A stretch of DNA of 63,861 nucleotides, the filler included, from Reticulomyxa filosa (Eukaryota; Protista; Foraminifera), in NCBI GenBank assembly GCA_000512085.1. It is 18 parts of 18 records of this genome, joined end to end, with 100 filler letters (N's around TTAATTAATTAA, not from the genome) between each part and the next. Parts side by side here need not be neighbours in the genome. Positions count along the whole stretch, not along the records: positions 1 to 5,650 come from ASPP01005428.1; positions 5,751 to 8,152 come from ASPP01040434.1; positions 8,253 to 10,041 come from ASPP01001705.1; positions 10,142 to 11,783 come from ASPP01016024.1; 14 more parts are not named here. The stretch is one strand, 5' to 3'. Under the pieces are notes generated by a model, which had not been told where the DNA came from, did not search any database, and saw only the letters and a program-made list of their open reading frames with translations. Shown one piece after another: positions 1-11,755 of this stretch (the first letter of the stretch is position 1; every line of letters begins with the position of its first letter). The position numbers and the translations under genes were made by a program.

Positions 1-34
<34 letters not shown>

Positions 35-69
35 AAACAAAAATATAATATATAAAGTATATACATTAC

Positions 70-522
70 ACACCATTGCATTAATGGCACTTTAACAGGC
101 GCAATGGCAGTCGTCTCCAGCTGCGGATGCAACAGCAACTTCAAAAATTCCTCACAAAATAACCCGATTTCGGCGTAAATAGGCTTATTCAAATTGCTCG
201 ACGAATTCACAATAGCGGAATAGTCATAACTATGCTCGAAATCCATACTGGGCTGTCGAGATGGTGGCTTCGACATGTATGGAATTTTGCTTATCAACAA
301 CCACAACGACGCCAAGTCGGTGTTGTCTGCTTCTGTTTCAAACACATTTTCCACTATTGCCAAATGGCGGTCCGCTTCTGATTCTGGAGATTCTTCCTTC
401 TTTTCATCCGTTCCTGACAGAAATTGATACACTGCTGCACTCGCCAACGACGCTACTCCAAAAATTGTCCACGATGATTTTGGAGTTTCTGGCTTGCCAT
501 TTTGAATTGGTTTGGATGACAT
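70..522 (-). CDS. Hypothetical protein, first exon (gene runs off the contig end)
   Basis: Manual translation from the ATG at 522 gives MSSKPIQNGKPETPKSSWTIFGVASLASAAVYQF...PVKVPLMQW, about 150 codons without a stop. It runs into an AT/poly-T intron-like tract at the window edge. It is absent from the ORF track because no stop is reached. Confidence 0.6.
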
Positions 523-2628
523 TAAATTTTCAAATATATTGGTATATACTACAAGGCTATTCCTTTTGCTCTTACCGTCTCTAATTATTATTTTGCTTGA
601 CATGCCACAAACTTTGATAAAATAATAAATAATAATTAATTAATTAATATCAATAATGATTAAATTTTTTAATTACAAATATTTCTTTGAAATATTTTTT
701 TGTTCTATACAGAAGTTGCAGCAAATTATAAATACAATATTTAAATAACTTTTCTCTAAAAATCAACAAATCCGATTATTAAGACTAAAAAAGATTCAAG
801 GCATTTAATTTATTGAAGAAAATAATATAAAACTAATAAAATTCAACTAAATTCTACATACATATAAGTTCATATTATAAACGGCAATGTTCTAAGTGAA
901 CCTTAGGCGCACTTTGTGTTAAACTTTTTTCACAAACTTTTTTTTTAGAGAATGCAAGTCGTATATTAGATCTAAACTTACAAAACCAGTTTGCATGCAT
1001 TATCCAGAAGGACATAGCGCACTAAAAAACCAAAACAAAAGAACCATATTATCAAACACCAACTTACACTTATCTAGCAAATTAATATATAAAGATAAAC
1101 AATAATTAATTTAACAAAAAATTTTAAAAAATCAATATAGATAATATCAAAAAGTGAATGTAGTATAATCATTGTGAGTATCACAATATGCACTGGTCTA
1201 TCATTTTCATCCTTTTGCAATCCTAAGGTATGAAAAATTTAAAAAGAATTCGGAAAAATAAAAATTATTAAATTAAACAAAAAGATTCTAAAATATTTGT
1301 AAAGTAATTTGTTTTTTGTAAGTTGATAGTAATCATTTTGCTATTTGTTGCTACTTGCCTCTGGAGGCGACCACTCTAATTGAAAATTCGATTTTCATGA
1401 ATATAATTTTCTTTTTTTGAATTTGGCCTTAAATGCTTTTATTTGGCATTTGATTTATATTATTGACTTTTGACTACTGTGACTTTTTTCATTGACTTGA
1501 TTGTCTTTTTTCTTGCTATTAAGCATGTTCAATATGCAATTACATTGCAATAAGTGTCAACTTTACATTCACCAATGATTTGTTACAATAGTCCATTGTG
1601 TCGATGCTTGATATAGTCTAGTGACTGTTAATTTTCGTATATATGAATTACTTTGCTACTCCCGCTACATATTCTGATTTCAAGATTATTGTAATTTCAT
1701 TATTATCATTTAATGACATTTCGCAATTGCTGTTGTATGTCAAACAATAGTTTAGCAAATGATAAGAATAGGCAAAGTATTAATTAAGCTTATTGAATAC
1801 AAACAAATTAAAAAAATTTTAAAAGCTAAGTTTGAGTTTTTTCAAATTGCGAAAAGTGTTGCTTGAATATTATTAAAAAAGAAACAAAACAATTTAAAGT
1901 TCAATTATTATTTGTTCTTGTCACAAAAGTGTTTCAATTATAAGAGGATAAAAAAATGCAAATGCAAACGAAAAAAATAAAACTGAACATAGTATATGTT
2001 TTTGACCGAATGTATTTTATTCTAATGGGTTATGAATTTTGGAACTGTTAAGACACTTTTTAGTATTAAGTGATAACAGTTTCCATATCTACAAATACAT
2101 AACTTTGCTGAGTTTAATTGCAAAACCATTTGTAACAAAAAGATAAATATATATTTTTTGCTACAATCAAACATTCAAAATAAGCAAAAACGTCAGTTCT
2201 TGGTGCTATGATTTGTTTTACACTTTTTCTTTGGACAAAAGCAAAGCTTGGCGACATGCTCTTCCGTTTTTTTATAAGATTTTTCATTTTACAGAGCACG
2301 CCCAGGAAGTTTAAGGAACCTAATCTTAGACAACTCTTTAAAAGGTTGATGATAAATTGAAAATCTATCTCATCTATCCTCCCCTCATCTGATTTTTAAA
2401 AAGTTTAGAAAAACGAGCACTTTTGCTGTAGTTATTCTTGTAAAATTTGAATCGTTCATCTTTTGTAGGTGTGAATGAACTAACTTATAAAATTTTAAAA
2501 ATGTGGTTTCTGTACCAAAAAGACTTTTAAATTCAAATTTATGTTGCAGAAAAAGATAAACAAAACAAAAGTTATATTAAAAAAGACGTGAAAAAAAAGT
2601 AATGCCTTTGCAATTGCACAGCATGCAA

Positions 2629-4680
2629 TCAATACGTCCACCAATTTGCGGATACTTTTGGATGATTGTGGTTACTTCTCCCTTGTTGAATATTTTTCTT
2701 GTCTTTTTGCATTTCCTGTTGTAGCAAATTGTCGTGCTCCTTGGCTTTCTGTCCAGTGCATAACCAACAACAGTTAAATAAAGTTTATATTTCACTGAAA
2801 ATTGAAATGTATCAGTGACACACCTTTTTCGCAGCCGTATCAGAAGCAAGATTTGCATCGTGATTCTTTTTTTCCAATTCTTCACGCTCGGCAATTTGTT
2901 TTCTAAATTTTTAAAGTGTGTTTATTGTTTCAAATCTAGGTCTTTTTTTATTAAAAAAAAGGCGAACCTCAAAAACTCTTGTGTTTGGCGATTGTATTTC
3001 AATTTTTCTTCGCATTCTTTTTGCTCTTTAAGATCATCGAGCTTAATCCCTTTTATCATTTCGTTGAAAAAGTTTTCGTTTGCTTTTTGATAGTTTTCTT
3101 GTTCGCTTTGCTTGACGACAAGCTGGTTGTTTCTTTCTTCGATGACGTGTCGGAGCAATTGTTGTCTTGCAGCTTCTTGTTTATCCTCTTGTGTTTTTTG
3201 TTTGTGCACAATTTCGTTGAATGCTCGTTCACGCAAGACGTCCAATTCACGTTCTTTCTGTTGCTCTTCTTGCTTTAGTTGCTGTAAATATGTTAAATAA
3301 CTTTTTATGTCGTCCTGCAACTCGGTCGATTTGGCGTTTTTGGCCATGTCTTCTTGTTTTTCTCTTGCCACGATACTTTGAACCCATTCCATGTCTGCTT
3401 TTTTTTCTGCATTGATTTTATTTTGCTTTGCCTTTTGAAATTCTAAATATTGCTGATATTGTTCTTGATGCTTTTCTCGTAAACTAGTCACATCTTTTTC
3501 ACGTATAGTTCCACTGTCTTCTTCGCTTTGGCGCAAATTAGCAACCTTAAATACATTTTTGTTTGTTTGGAAACATATTTTCAAAGTGAGAGACCCTTGA
3601 AGGAGACACATTAAGAAACACTTGCGACGTTATGTAATACTTACCCTTGCCAGCTTGTCTTTTTGTTTTTGTGCTTGTCGATTTTCTTCTAACGTCTGAT
3701 GTTCTTTGATTTGATTTTTCAAGTCTTGCTGAGCAAACATATCCAATTGCTTCCTCTGTTCCTGTTCTTTTTGCTCGAGCACAAACTTTGCGTTTAAATC
3801 TTCAGACCATGTCTTTAACCATTCTTGCTTCTGTTGCTCTTCCAATTGCTGCTGTAATTCTTTCTCTGCTAATTGGCGGTGATGGACACGATCACAATCC
3901 ATCAATAGGTCTTGTCCTTGGTTTAGTCGTAATTCGTCACAAGAGTTTCTTTTTTTTTTTTTTTTGAGAAGTATTGTATAAATAAAAAAAACGTGGATAC
4001 AATTAGTATATACGTGCGTTGCTATATTTTACTCAAAAAAAAAAATTAATTTTTTTTACCGAAATTGCTTCAATTTCTGCTCTTTGACAAATTCTCCTCT
4101 TTTTTGTAAACGTTGGTCTCTCAGCTGTTTCGCTCGAGTCTCCAGCCGGATACGTCTTTGCTCGCTTGTTTCCACTTTGCTGTCAATCTCAGAGCGAAAC
4201 ATTATTTCTTCACGCGTGTACAATTCGCGCAGTCTAGCAATGTTATACACATTTATTTATTTATGTTAGCACACGGAAATGAAACAAATAATTATTATGT
4301 ATCAGTGAGATTTATCCTCAATTAAAATAGGATGGATGTTCATTCGAAACTGTTCCTTGCGTTTGTTGAGGTCTGTTTTGGCTCGACGTTTGCCACTGTC
4401 GGATAAATTCTTTCGCTCTTGATCCAATTGCTGTTGCTTTTGCTTTGCATCACAGCGTTGTTGCCATGACGCTACAGCGGCCAAGCGAAATTGTGAAACC
4501 ATATCACTTTTGAATTGGTTGAGTTTGTCCTCTTCAGCACGACGACGAGCAATGATTCGGTCTCTTCCCGTTGTGGATCCATAACTGCTTGTAAACTATT
4601 TTTAAAAAGTGTCGTTCATCACACATTTTCGTATGCACTCAAGTCAAACAGTCAATACAATACTCTTTTTTGCAAACCAT
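2629..4680 (-). CDS. CFAP53: Cilia- and flagella-associated protein 53 (CCDC11/FAP53-like, TPH-domain coiled coil), multi-exon
   Basis: Spliced exons give DRIIARRRAEEDKL...RLRELYTREEIMFRSEIDSKVETSEQRRIRLETRAKQLRDQRLQKRGEFVKEQKLKQFR-NSCDELR. This matches the CFAP53 pattern (KLRELL..EE......KETIEE...RMREK...L....E.ER..FV..KL.QQFRE.CEELR). Introns are GT-AG. The last exon ends SANWWTY-TGA at 2629. Confidence 0.8.
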
Positions 4681-5650
4681 TGCCGTATTTTATTTAATCT
4701 ATCCAAATAAAAATAAAAAGTCAATTTTATTCATTTGTTGAAAAAACGTATGACGTCACACTAACACTCATTTTTTTTCAATTAAAAGTGAATTGTTATA
4801 AAGAAATTTTAAAATTGAATTATTTGATCTACTGTTCTCCATCTTTTTAATGGATTCACAAATACTCTCTCACTTTTGAATTCTCATGGCGATGAAATCA
4901 GTTTTTTTGAAATTCACGGCTACACTTAAACATAAAGGCAAGAACAAATTTTTTTGGAGTGCGAACTAAAGTCTCTTGCAGATACATTTTCTACCAATCC
5001 ATTGATCACTATTTTAAATTAGTCGGAAAACTTGTGATAGTAACAAAAAAAAGTTAATCAGATTTCACAAGCAGCTCCATTCGGCAACACAACAAAATGT
5101 ACGGCCCTGTGGTGAGTGTGCTGAATGCAAAACTAAATACTTCTTCTCAAAAATTTGTCCAAACAAGAACAAAGGTATTGTAGAGTACCTTTCAATGAGA
5201 AAATTGGTCGATAAAAACGGAAAGGAACCATAGTGGACGCTTTAAAAATTTAATTTAAATGAGAACTTATTGACCATTTGCAAAAGATTTGCCAATTACA
5301 AATTCAAAAAAACAAAGACATTATTTTTCCAACTGAGAGATGAAAGCTCTCCACAAACATTTGACCACTAATCCATTGGTCAAAACCTTGTATGCATTTG
5401 CACTTCCGGTAACTGTGCGCCACACATCACGACGAAACGCAACGTATCAAACTTCAACTCAAAACGAGCACGCTACAGCCGAAGGCGGAGACGCACAGAA
5501 AAGAGCCCCGAGATCGCCAATTCCAACGGGTATCGTGTGAAAGCCGCACAATAGGAGGCAAGGGGGAGGGAGAGAAGGGGGGAAAGAGAACAGGAAAAAG
5601 AGAAAAAGGGGTCCAAGCTTAAATAAAAAAAAAAAAAAAAAAACCGGTAC

Positions 5651-5750
5651 NNNNNNNNNNNNNNNNNNNNNNNNNNNNNNNNNNNNNNNNNNNNTTAATT
5701 AATTAANNNNNNNNNNNNNNNNNNNNNNNNNNNNNNNNNNNNNNNNNNNN
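5651..5750. other. Artificial contig linker (N44-TTAATTAATTAA-N44), first of 17 copies
   Basis: The same 100-bp six-frame-stop spacer recurs at about 5651, 8153, 10042, 11784, 13000, 17789, 19321, 23647, 25345, 26911, 31500, 34560, 36043, 56197, 57506, 58832 and 62379. Neighbouring contigs are not necessarily linked in the genome. Confidence 0.98.
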
Positions 5751-6599
5751 CTTGAATAATTTTCGGAGATTTTATCACAAAAATGACTTTTTTTCGTTTA
5801 GTTCAACTTTTGCGCAGTCCAAAAAAAAAAAAGGGCTGGACTATTTCAACGTTTGAATTTTTGCTCATGCATAAGAAATTTTTACTAAACATTGGTCTAA
5901 AAAAAGTCGTCAAAACAATTTTTGCAATGCTTTTATGTTTATGCACCAATGCATAAAAAAAAGTCACTACTTGGAAAGTAGACCTTCTAGTGAAGAGCTT
6001 TTATGATCATAAAAGATTATTTCGAGAAAGTACATCAATTAAAAAAATAATGTAAAAAAAAGCAGACAAATGAACATAAGGATATAAACATTGCACGAAA
6101 TGGATTTATTCCAAAGAAAATCCGTACAGTAAATTAAATACAGTTAAAAAAAAGAAAAAATATTATAATGTTCTCACATCATCATAGAATTTTATCGATA
6201 TTTAAGCTTTAGCATAATTTCGCTACAACTCAAAGGTAAAAAACTAGAGTGGAGATATGTATCCTTATTTATTTTTTTTCTTAGGTTCCTCCAAGCTCAA
6301 ATTGTTTCAGCAAATAATTATAATTTGTATATACAAAAAAGAAAAAAACAAATATGATAGTCTCATCATCTACATTTCAGATCATGTTTTCCTTTTTCTC
6401 AAGCTCAGTGCAACACTCTGAAACAGGAATTGTTAATTTTCGATGCTTCTACCAAGTAAACTGTTATTATACCACATTCGAAGCAACCAATACAGATGGG
6501 TATGCAAGCTTATTTACAGATTGGTATTATCAAATCAAGTCAATTACATCCCATTGTGCAATAACAAAAATGGAACAAATTGATAGATGATCCAAAGCA

Positions 6600-7830
6600 A
6601 AATGTTAAAAAAATTGAAATACAGTCACAACATCAAAGGTATAGTCAATATCAACAACAGCAACAACATGAAATTGCAATGAAATGTTGTACAAACAAAA
6701 AATCATTATCACATACACATGCCTTTTTACAGTGAATATAGACGTGGACACGTATCACTGCAGTATTACCCGATGACCAGACTCACCGGACCGCTCCAGT
6801 TCAATCAGCAAGGTGATAACGAAGAAGAAGACTGGTTTTTTGTTAATTCTTTGAGCACTAGGCCCATCGGCAATGTTTTTACTACTGCTACTGTTGTTGA
6901 TGCTGATACAATGCACTCACCAAACAAGGCAAACTTTGCAACAAGCAAAGTCACGCAGATGGGCCTGCCCAACAAAAAAAATCATATGAAAACGACAGTG
7001 ACGACAGACACAACCGCGACGGCAACCAAGACACAGTCGAAGACGACGATTGTACTATTGAACCCAAAAAGAAGCCATTTGAACAGCGGTGATGGGATTG
7101 CCACGACTGATGACCGCCCCTCCAGCTATGATTGCGACCAGCATTAGCCTTATTTCGGATACGCATTAAAAAATGATGAATGAGATTAAGCAAATGAAAA
7201 CAAAAAACAACTTGGACTCGCGAATATTGAAGCAGTTGAAATACAGTTTGTTGGGCCTGGTGGAGGAGCAGGAGCTGTGTCAGAATAAGAGTATGGCAAC
7301 AAATACATTCAGAAGATGTTGGACGATATCAGCGTATTTATCTTCATATTGAGCAGTTTTCATGTTCTTTCTCGCGATGACACGGCCGTATACTTGTCAA
7401 GATTTGCCTGAAATTACCCCATTCAAAGGCTGTTGAAAACCACATGCGAAAACGTGTGTCACAAAGTCATAGTAACAACATCAACAAATGCAAATGCAAA
7501 GAAGGAAATGATAAATCAACGACAATGTCGGAACTGACAATGCGCAATGACAAGTCGATCTAACTGGGTAAGACGTTTTTGCAGTCAATGTTCACGTACA
7601 AAGCTGAGGAAATGTCGATGAGTATTTATCGACGATTTATAAGCACATGTTACGCAAATTACTTGATTGTGCGGTGCAAATCTATGGTTGCTGGTTGATG
7701 TGACGACTGATGCAGTATTGAACACTGGCGCAAATGCAGTCAATCTATAAAGAGATTTTACAAAACGTCGTGGAGATTTGCAACAACAGTACGCCAATTA
7801 TGTAATTCACATGGTGCTCAAGTTATGTAA
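6600..7830 (+). pseudogene. Degraded coding remnant, weakly resembling a dynamin-superfamily GTPase domain
   Basis: Interrupted frames contain HLNSGDGIATT..RP (compare dynamin LPRGSGIVTRRP), IQFVGPGG (compare LVDLPG) and IQKMLDDISVFIFIL. There are many stops and frameshifts, and no G1 motif was found. Confidence 0.2.
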
Positions 7831-8579
7831 AGCAGTCACTGCGACCGCACTCAAATAAATACACAAGTAAAGAATGAAACAACAAAAAAATCTTATTACA
7901 TTACTTAAATTTCTATAAATCTATTGATTACAAAGTTCCAAACGATTAAAAAAATATCCGCATTTTATTAAGTACTTAAAAAATAATAAACTCATAATAA
8001 AGTGCAAATCGATTTCTTTTGCTTATTCATAAAAAACAAATTAAAAGTAAACATACTTATCGCCTTCAATCTTTTTTAAATATGTCAAAAAACTCAATTA
8101 TATGTCAGTTTTGAGAATAGCTGAAAAAACCCCAACTTTTTTTACTTATTGCNNNNNNNNNNNNNNNNNNNNNNNNNNNNNNNNNNNNNNNNNNNNTTAA
8201 TTAATTAANNNNNNNNNNNNNNNNNNNNNNNNNNNNNNNNNNNNNNNNNNNNGATCAAGCACAGAAGTTTATTATCCAATAAAATAAAAAACCACAAAAC
8301 TAACTCAACTGGCATGTTTTACCAAACAGCAACACATGAAAAGAAAGTCTTAATTATTAACAATTTTTTTTTTTTTTAAGGTACTACCTTTTATCTTATA
8401 ACACAACCAAAAAATGAATTTTATACTGTAAGTGGAAATCTCTTTATTTTTAATTAATAATGCAAAATTGCAAAATAAATAAAAAAATATAAAAGATAAG
8501 TTTTGATTACTTGCAAATATGAGTTAAGAAAAAAGGAAACTTGAAAAAGTAAAGAGTTAAACCAAGTACATCAACGACT

Positions 8580-9720
8580 ATGTCAAACGCAAAGGAAAAC
8601 AATTTGGGTGAAGACGCCGCAATCATCACTATCACCACAACAACCTCAACGTCCACCACAATTGCCACAACCTCAGCGTCCACCGCAATTGCCATCACAA
8701 CAATTGCAACAACAACAAAGACCACATCAACAACAGCAACAACGTCCACAGCCACAACAACAAGGTATTGGGAAAAAAAACAGAATGTGATGGAGGGGTA
8801 TTAATATTATTTATGTGTGTATGTGTGTCTGTAACATATGCATGTACGTATACGTACATATGCATTCTTTTTTTTTTTTATGTATAGATTACATTTTAGA
8901 TTATGATTGCGACGTAATTATGAAAGAATTTAACGATAGCGACGTTATTATGAAAGAAATTAATAATAATAACAACGATGGCAACGACGATTGCGACTAC
9001 AGCAGTGACAATACTGACAGTGACGACAATGAAGAATTATTGGAAGAAGAAGGGAAAGAACATCGCAAATATTATTTGAAGAAAAAGAATAAGGAAATTA
9101 ATGATGATATGGGAGAAAATAGTATATTATGGTGATTCGACAGAAGCACCAGCAAAAGAACAAGCAAAAGAACAAGCAAGAGAAAGTTAAGTAAAATAAG
9201 TTTTTTTTTTAATTAAAACAAAGTGATATTGTTTGTAAATAGAACGAGAATGCACGTTGTGTTATACAAGACTGCCTCCCACATTACAAGGTATATTATA
9301 TATTGTTTGTTTATATTTTTTATTTTATTATGAATTTGTGAATGTGTGTTTATGTGTGTTTGAATATTTTTGATATATAGAGTTACCACCATATAATCTC
9401 CATCAAACGAGTGAATGGTGCTGCAACCTGGCGCAAATATTATATAATATTTTGGTGGCAATATTTTGTATGGTGCTGGCTGCAGTATTGCTCTATGTTG
9501 GATATTTGGCCATATCCGACATAGACTATTCGTGGTGGAAATGGCTCGTAGTGTCAGATGGCACATTGAACAATGGATGTGGGCTCATATTTGAAGACAT
9601 CAATCAAATATAAATACGGGTATTGCGTACGACGATTATTATTATGGAATGGTGGAATGGTTGCATATAGTGAATATTTATATTGTGGAGATTGCAAAAG
9701 AATTGCTTGCAATCATTGAC
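8580..9720 (+). pseudogene. Low-complexity (Thr-, Asp/Asn-rich) spliced-gene remnant of unknown family
   Basis: Exon-like blocks lie between GT..AG AT-rich intron-like tracts, but in-frame stops occur and no domain was recognised. Confidence 0.25.
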
Positions 9721-9734
9721 ATTTAACTCTTTAA

Positions 9735-10020
9735 GACGCTAGTGTTGCTAGGGAGATGCGATACTAGCGTCGCTATCGCACCAACTTTTGGGGGGAGTTG
9801 GTGCGATAATGGTACAACTGTTCGACCGTAGGGAGAGACGGTCGAGCATGTACCAAAATAACTGTTACATCAACAGTCGGGAGTTGATGTACAGTTATAA
9901 TGATGCCAGTATCATATGTAAAAGGCGATACTAGCATCATTGTCGCACTAACTCCCCCCAAAGTTGGTGCGATGACGACACGAGTTAGTATCGTTCAGAA
10001 ACGATACTAACTCAGTGTCG
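9735..10020. repeat. Array of seven back-to-back inverted repeats (hairpins), several with GGGAG loops
   Basis: Stems verified by eye at 9735-9771, 9774-9808, 9810-9855, 9858-9898, 9899-9941, 9942-9973 and 9976-10020, with 0-2 nt between hairpins. Confidence 0.9.
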
Positions 10021-10141
10021 GTGTGTGTTTTTGTTTGTTTGNNNNNNNNNNNNNNNNNNNNNNNNNNNNNNNNNNNNNNNNNNNNTTAATTAATTAANNN
10101 NNNNNNNNNNNNNNNNNNNNNNNNNNNNNNNNNNNNNNNNN

Positions 10142-10558
10142 GACGAACCATTCGGGCTCGGCGTACTCCTTGCTTTGCGTGATGCCGAACAGGTAGCCCA
10201 GCGCCGCTGTGACGATGAAGAACTGGTAGCCCAGCAGCACGAACCAGCCGAGCGGCTCGCCGCCGAACAGCCGGGTGCGGCAGGTCCTTTGCACGACATG
10301 AAAGGCCGTGCCGATCAGCGCGGTGCCGCCGAAGGCGAAGATGGCGGCGGACGTATGCAGCGGCCGCAGTCGGCCGAACGTCAGGTACGGGCTGTCGAAG
10401 CTGAGCTGCGGCCAGACGAGCTGGGCCGCGATGACGACCCCGACCAGGAAGGCCGCGACGCCCCAGAACATCGTCAATATGACCGCCGCGCGGATCACGT
10501 CCTCGACGTAACGCGGCGCCGGACGCTGGTCGGCTGTCAATACGGCTTGGCTCGGCAT
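10142..10558 (-). CDS. ccoN: cbb3-type cytochrome c oxidase subunit I, N-terminal part (bacterial contig, truncated)
   Basis: [45 protein letters not shown] and [13 protein letters not shown] are CcoN/FixN signature segments. High GC, with a GGAGAG RBS upstream. Confidence 0.95.
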
Positions 10559-10611
10559 GCTCTCTCCCCGAATGGTCGCGGGGACACTAGGAGGTGACGC
10601 CGGTTGCTCCC

Positions 10612-10625
10612 TTGATTTGGGTCAA
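10612..10625. promoter_or_regulatory. FNR/FixK/FnrL-type anaerobox
   Basis: TTGAT-TTGG-GTCAA against the consensus TTGAT-N4-ATCAA, about 60 bp upstream of ccoN, the classical target of these regulators. Confidence 0.85.
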
Positions 10626-10682
10626 GGCCGTTGTCCCGAGCGGCGGATCACAATGCCGCATGCAACCTGAATGTGAGGCGCC

Positions 10683-11479
10683 ATGAGCGAGACCATTGCG
10701 GTGTTTCCGACGCCCCGGCCCCTCATCCGGCGGGTCCCGGTCGATCGTCCCTGGACTTGGCTTGCCGCCGGCTGGCGCGACATAGTGGCCGCGCCCGCTG
10801 CCAGCCTCTCCTATGGCCTTGTGCCCGTCGTGGCCGGGTGGCTGGCCATCGTGCTGATGCTGCGGCTCGATCTGCCCTATCTCGTGCTGCCGCTGAGCGC
10901 CGGCTTCTTCTATGTCGGCCCTTTCATCGCGACCGGGCTGTACGAGATCAGCCGCCGCCTCGAGGCCGGTCGGCCGGTCGATGGCTGGTCCACCCTGATG
11001 GCCTGGCGGAGGATCCCGAGCAGATCGCGCTTATGGGCGTGCTTCTCCTCCTCTTCCATCTGGCCTGGATGAGATTGGCGCAGCTCCTCTTCGCCCTCTT
11101 CGAATTTCGCAGTGTGCCTTCCTGGGACCGTTTTCTCGATCTCGTCTGGACGACCTCCAAGAGTCTGCCGTTCCTCGCGCTCGGAATCGGCCTGGGAGCC
11201 TTTCTCGCAGCCATCGCCTTTGCGATCGGCGCCTTCTCCATTCCCTATCTGCTGGACCGGCGGAACTCGAACATGTTCGAGGCGATCGCGACTTCGGTGG
11301 CGGCGACCCGTCTCAATCTGCGGCCCATGCTGCTGTGGGCCGGCCTGATCGTGTTCCTGACCGGCCTCGGCATGATTGCGGGACTGCTCGGGCTGGTCGT
11401 GACGCTGCCGCTGGTCGCCCACGCGACCTGGCATGCCTATCGCGACGTCATTCATTTCGAGCCGGAACCCGCTTCCTAG
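10683..11479 (+). CDS. DUF2189-family integral membrane protein, with one frameshift near 11015
   Basis: ORF 10683-11072 (PWTWLAAGWRD...GPFIATGLYEISRRLEAG) continues in the frame of ORF 10631-11479 (PEQIALMG...AIATSVAA...PLVAHATWHAYRD). These are typical DUF2189 motifs, and one missing base restores a single gene. Confidence 0.8.
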
Positions 11480-11620
11480 CGCTGCTGCTGCGGCAGCGGC
11501 GCCTACGTAGAAATCCCTAGTTCAATTCCTCAATTGTCGGCTGGCGCCCATCTTCCTACCTAAGACAGGCAGCGTAGGACGTGCTGCGCGCGACGACGGA
11601 TCAATCCGTGGGAGAGCGAC

Positions 11621-11755
11621 ATGGCCAGGCAACCGAAAGCGATGACCTCCGAAGAGTTCGTCCATGATGTCGGCAGCTTTGCACTCTGGCTGAGCATCGC
11701 CATTCTGCTCGTTCTGGCCACGGCCACTGCTCTCGAGTCCTTCGCGACCCTCTGA
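11621..11755 (+). CDS. Small single-TM membrane protein (44 aa), bacterial
   Basis: MARQPKAMTSEEFVHDVGSFALWLSIAILLVLATATALESFATL-TGA, with a GGAGAG RBS immediately upstream and GC3-rich codons. It is below the ORF-track length cut-off. Confidence 0.6.
   Translation: MARQPKAMTSEEFVHDVGSFALWLSIAILLVLATATALESFATL

Noticed and set aside
5695-5706. Regularly recurring TTAATTAATTAA motif flanked by Ns, superficially like a repeat array
   Set aside because: It is an artificial six-frame stop linker used to concatenate contigs, so adjacency across it has no biological meaning.
9735-10020. CRISPR array or hammerhead ribozyme interpretation of the hairpin cluster
   Set aside because: There are no identical direct repeats with unique spacers, no cas genes, and no CUGAUGA...GAAA core.
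10175-11455. Long overlapping and antisense ORFs in the GC-rich contig (and antisense ORFs over TBC, kinase and MATE exons)
   Set aside because: These are shadow ORFs expected from GC-rich codon usage, with no motifs of their own.
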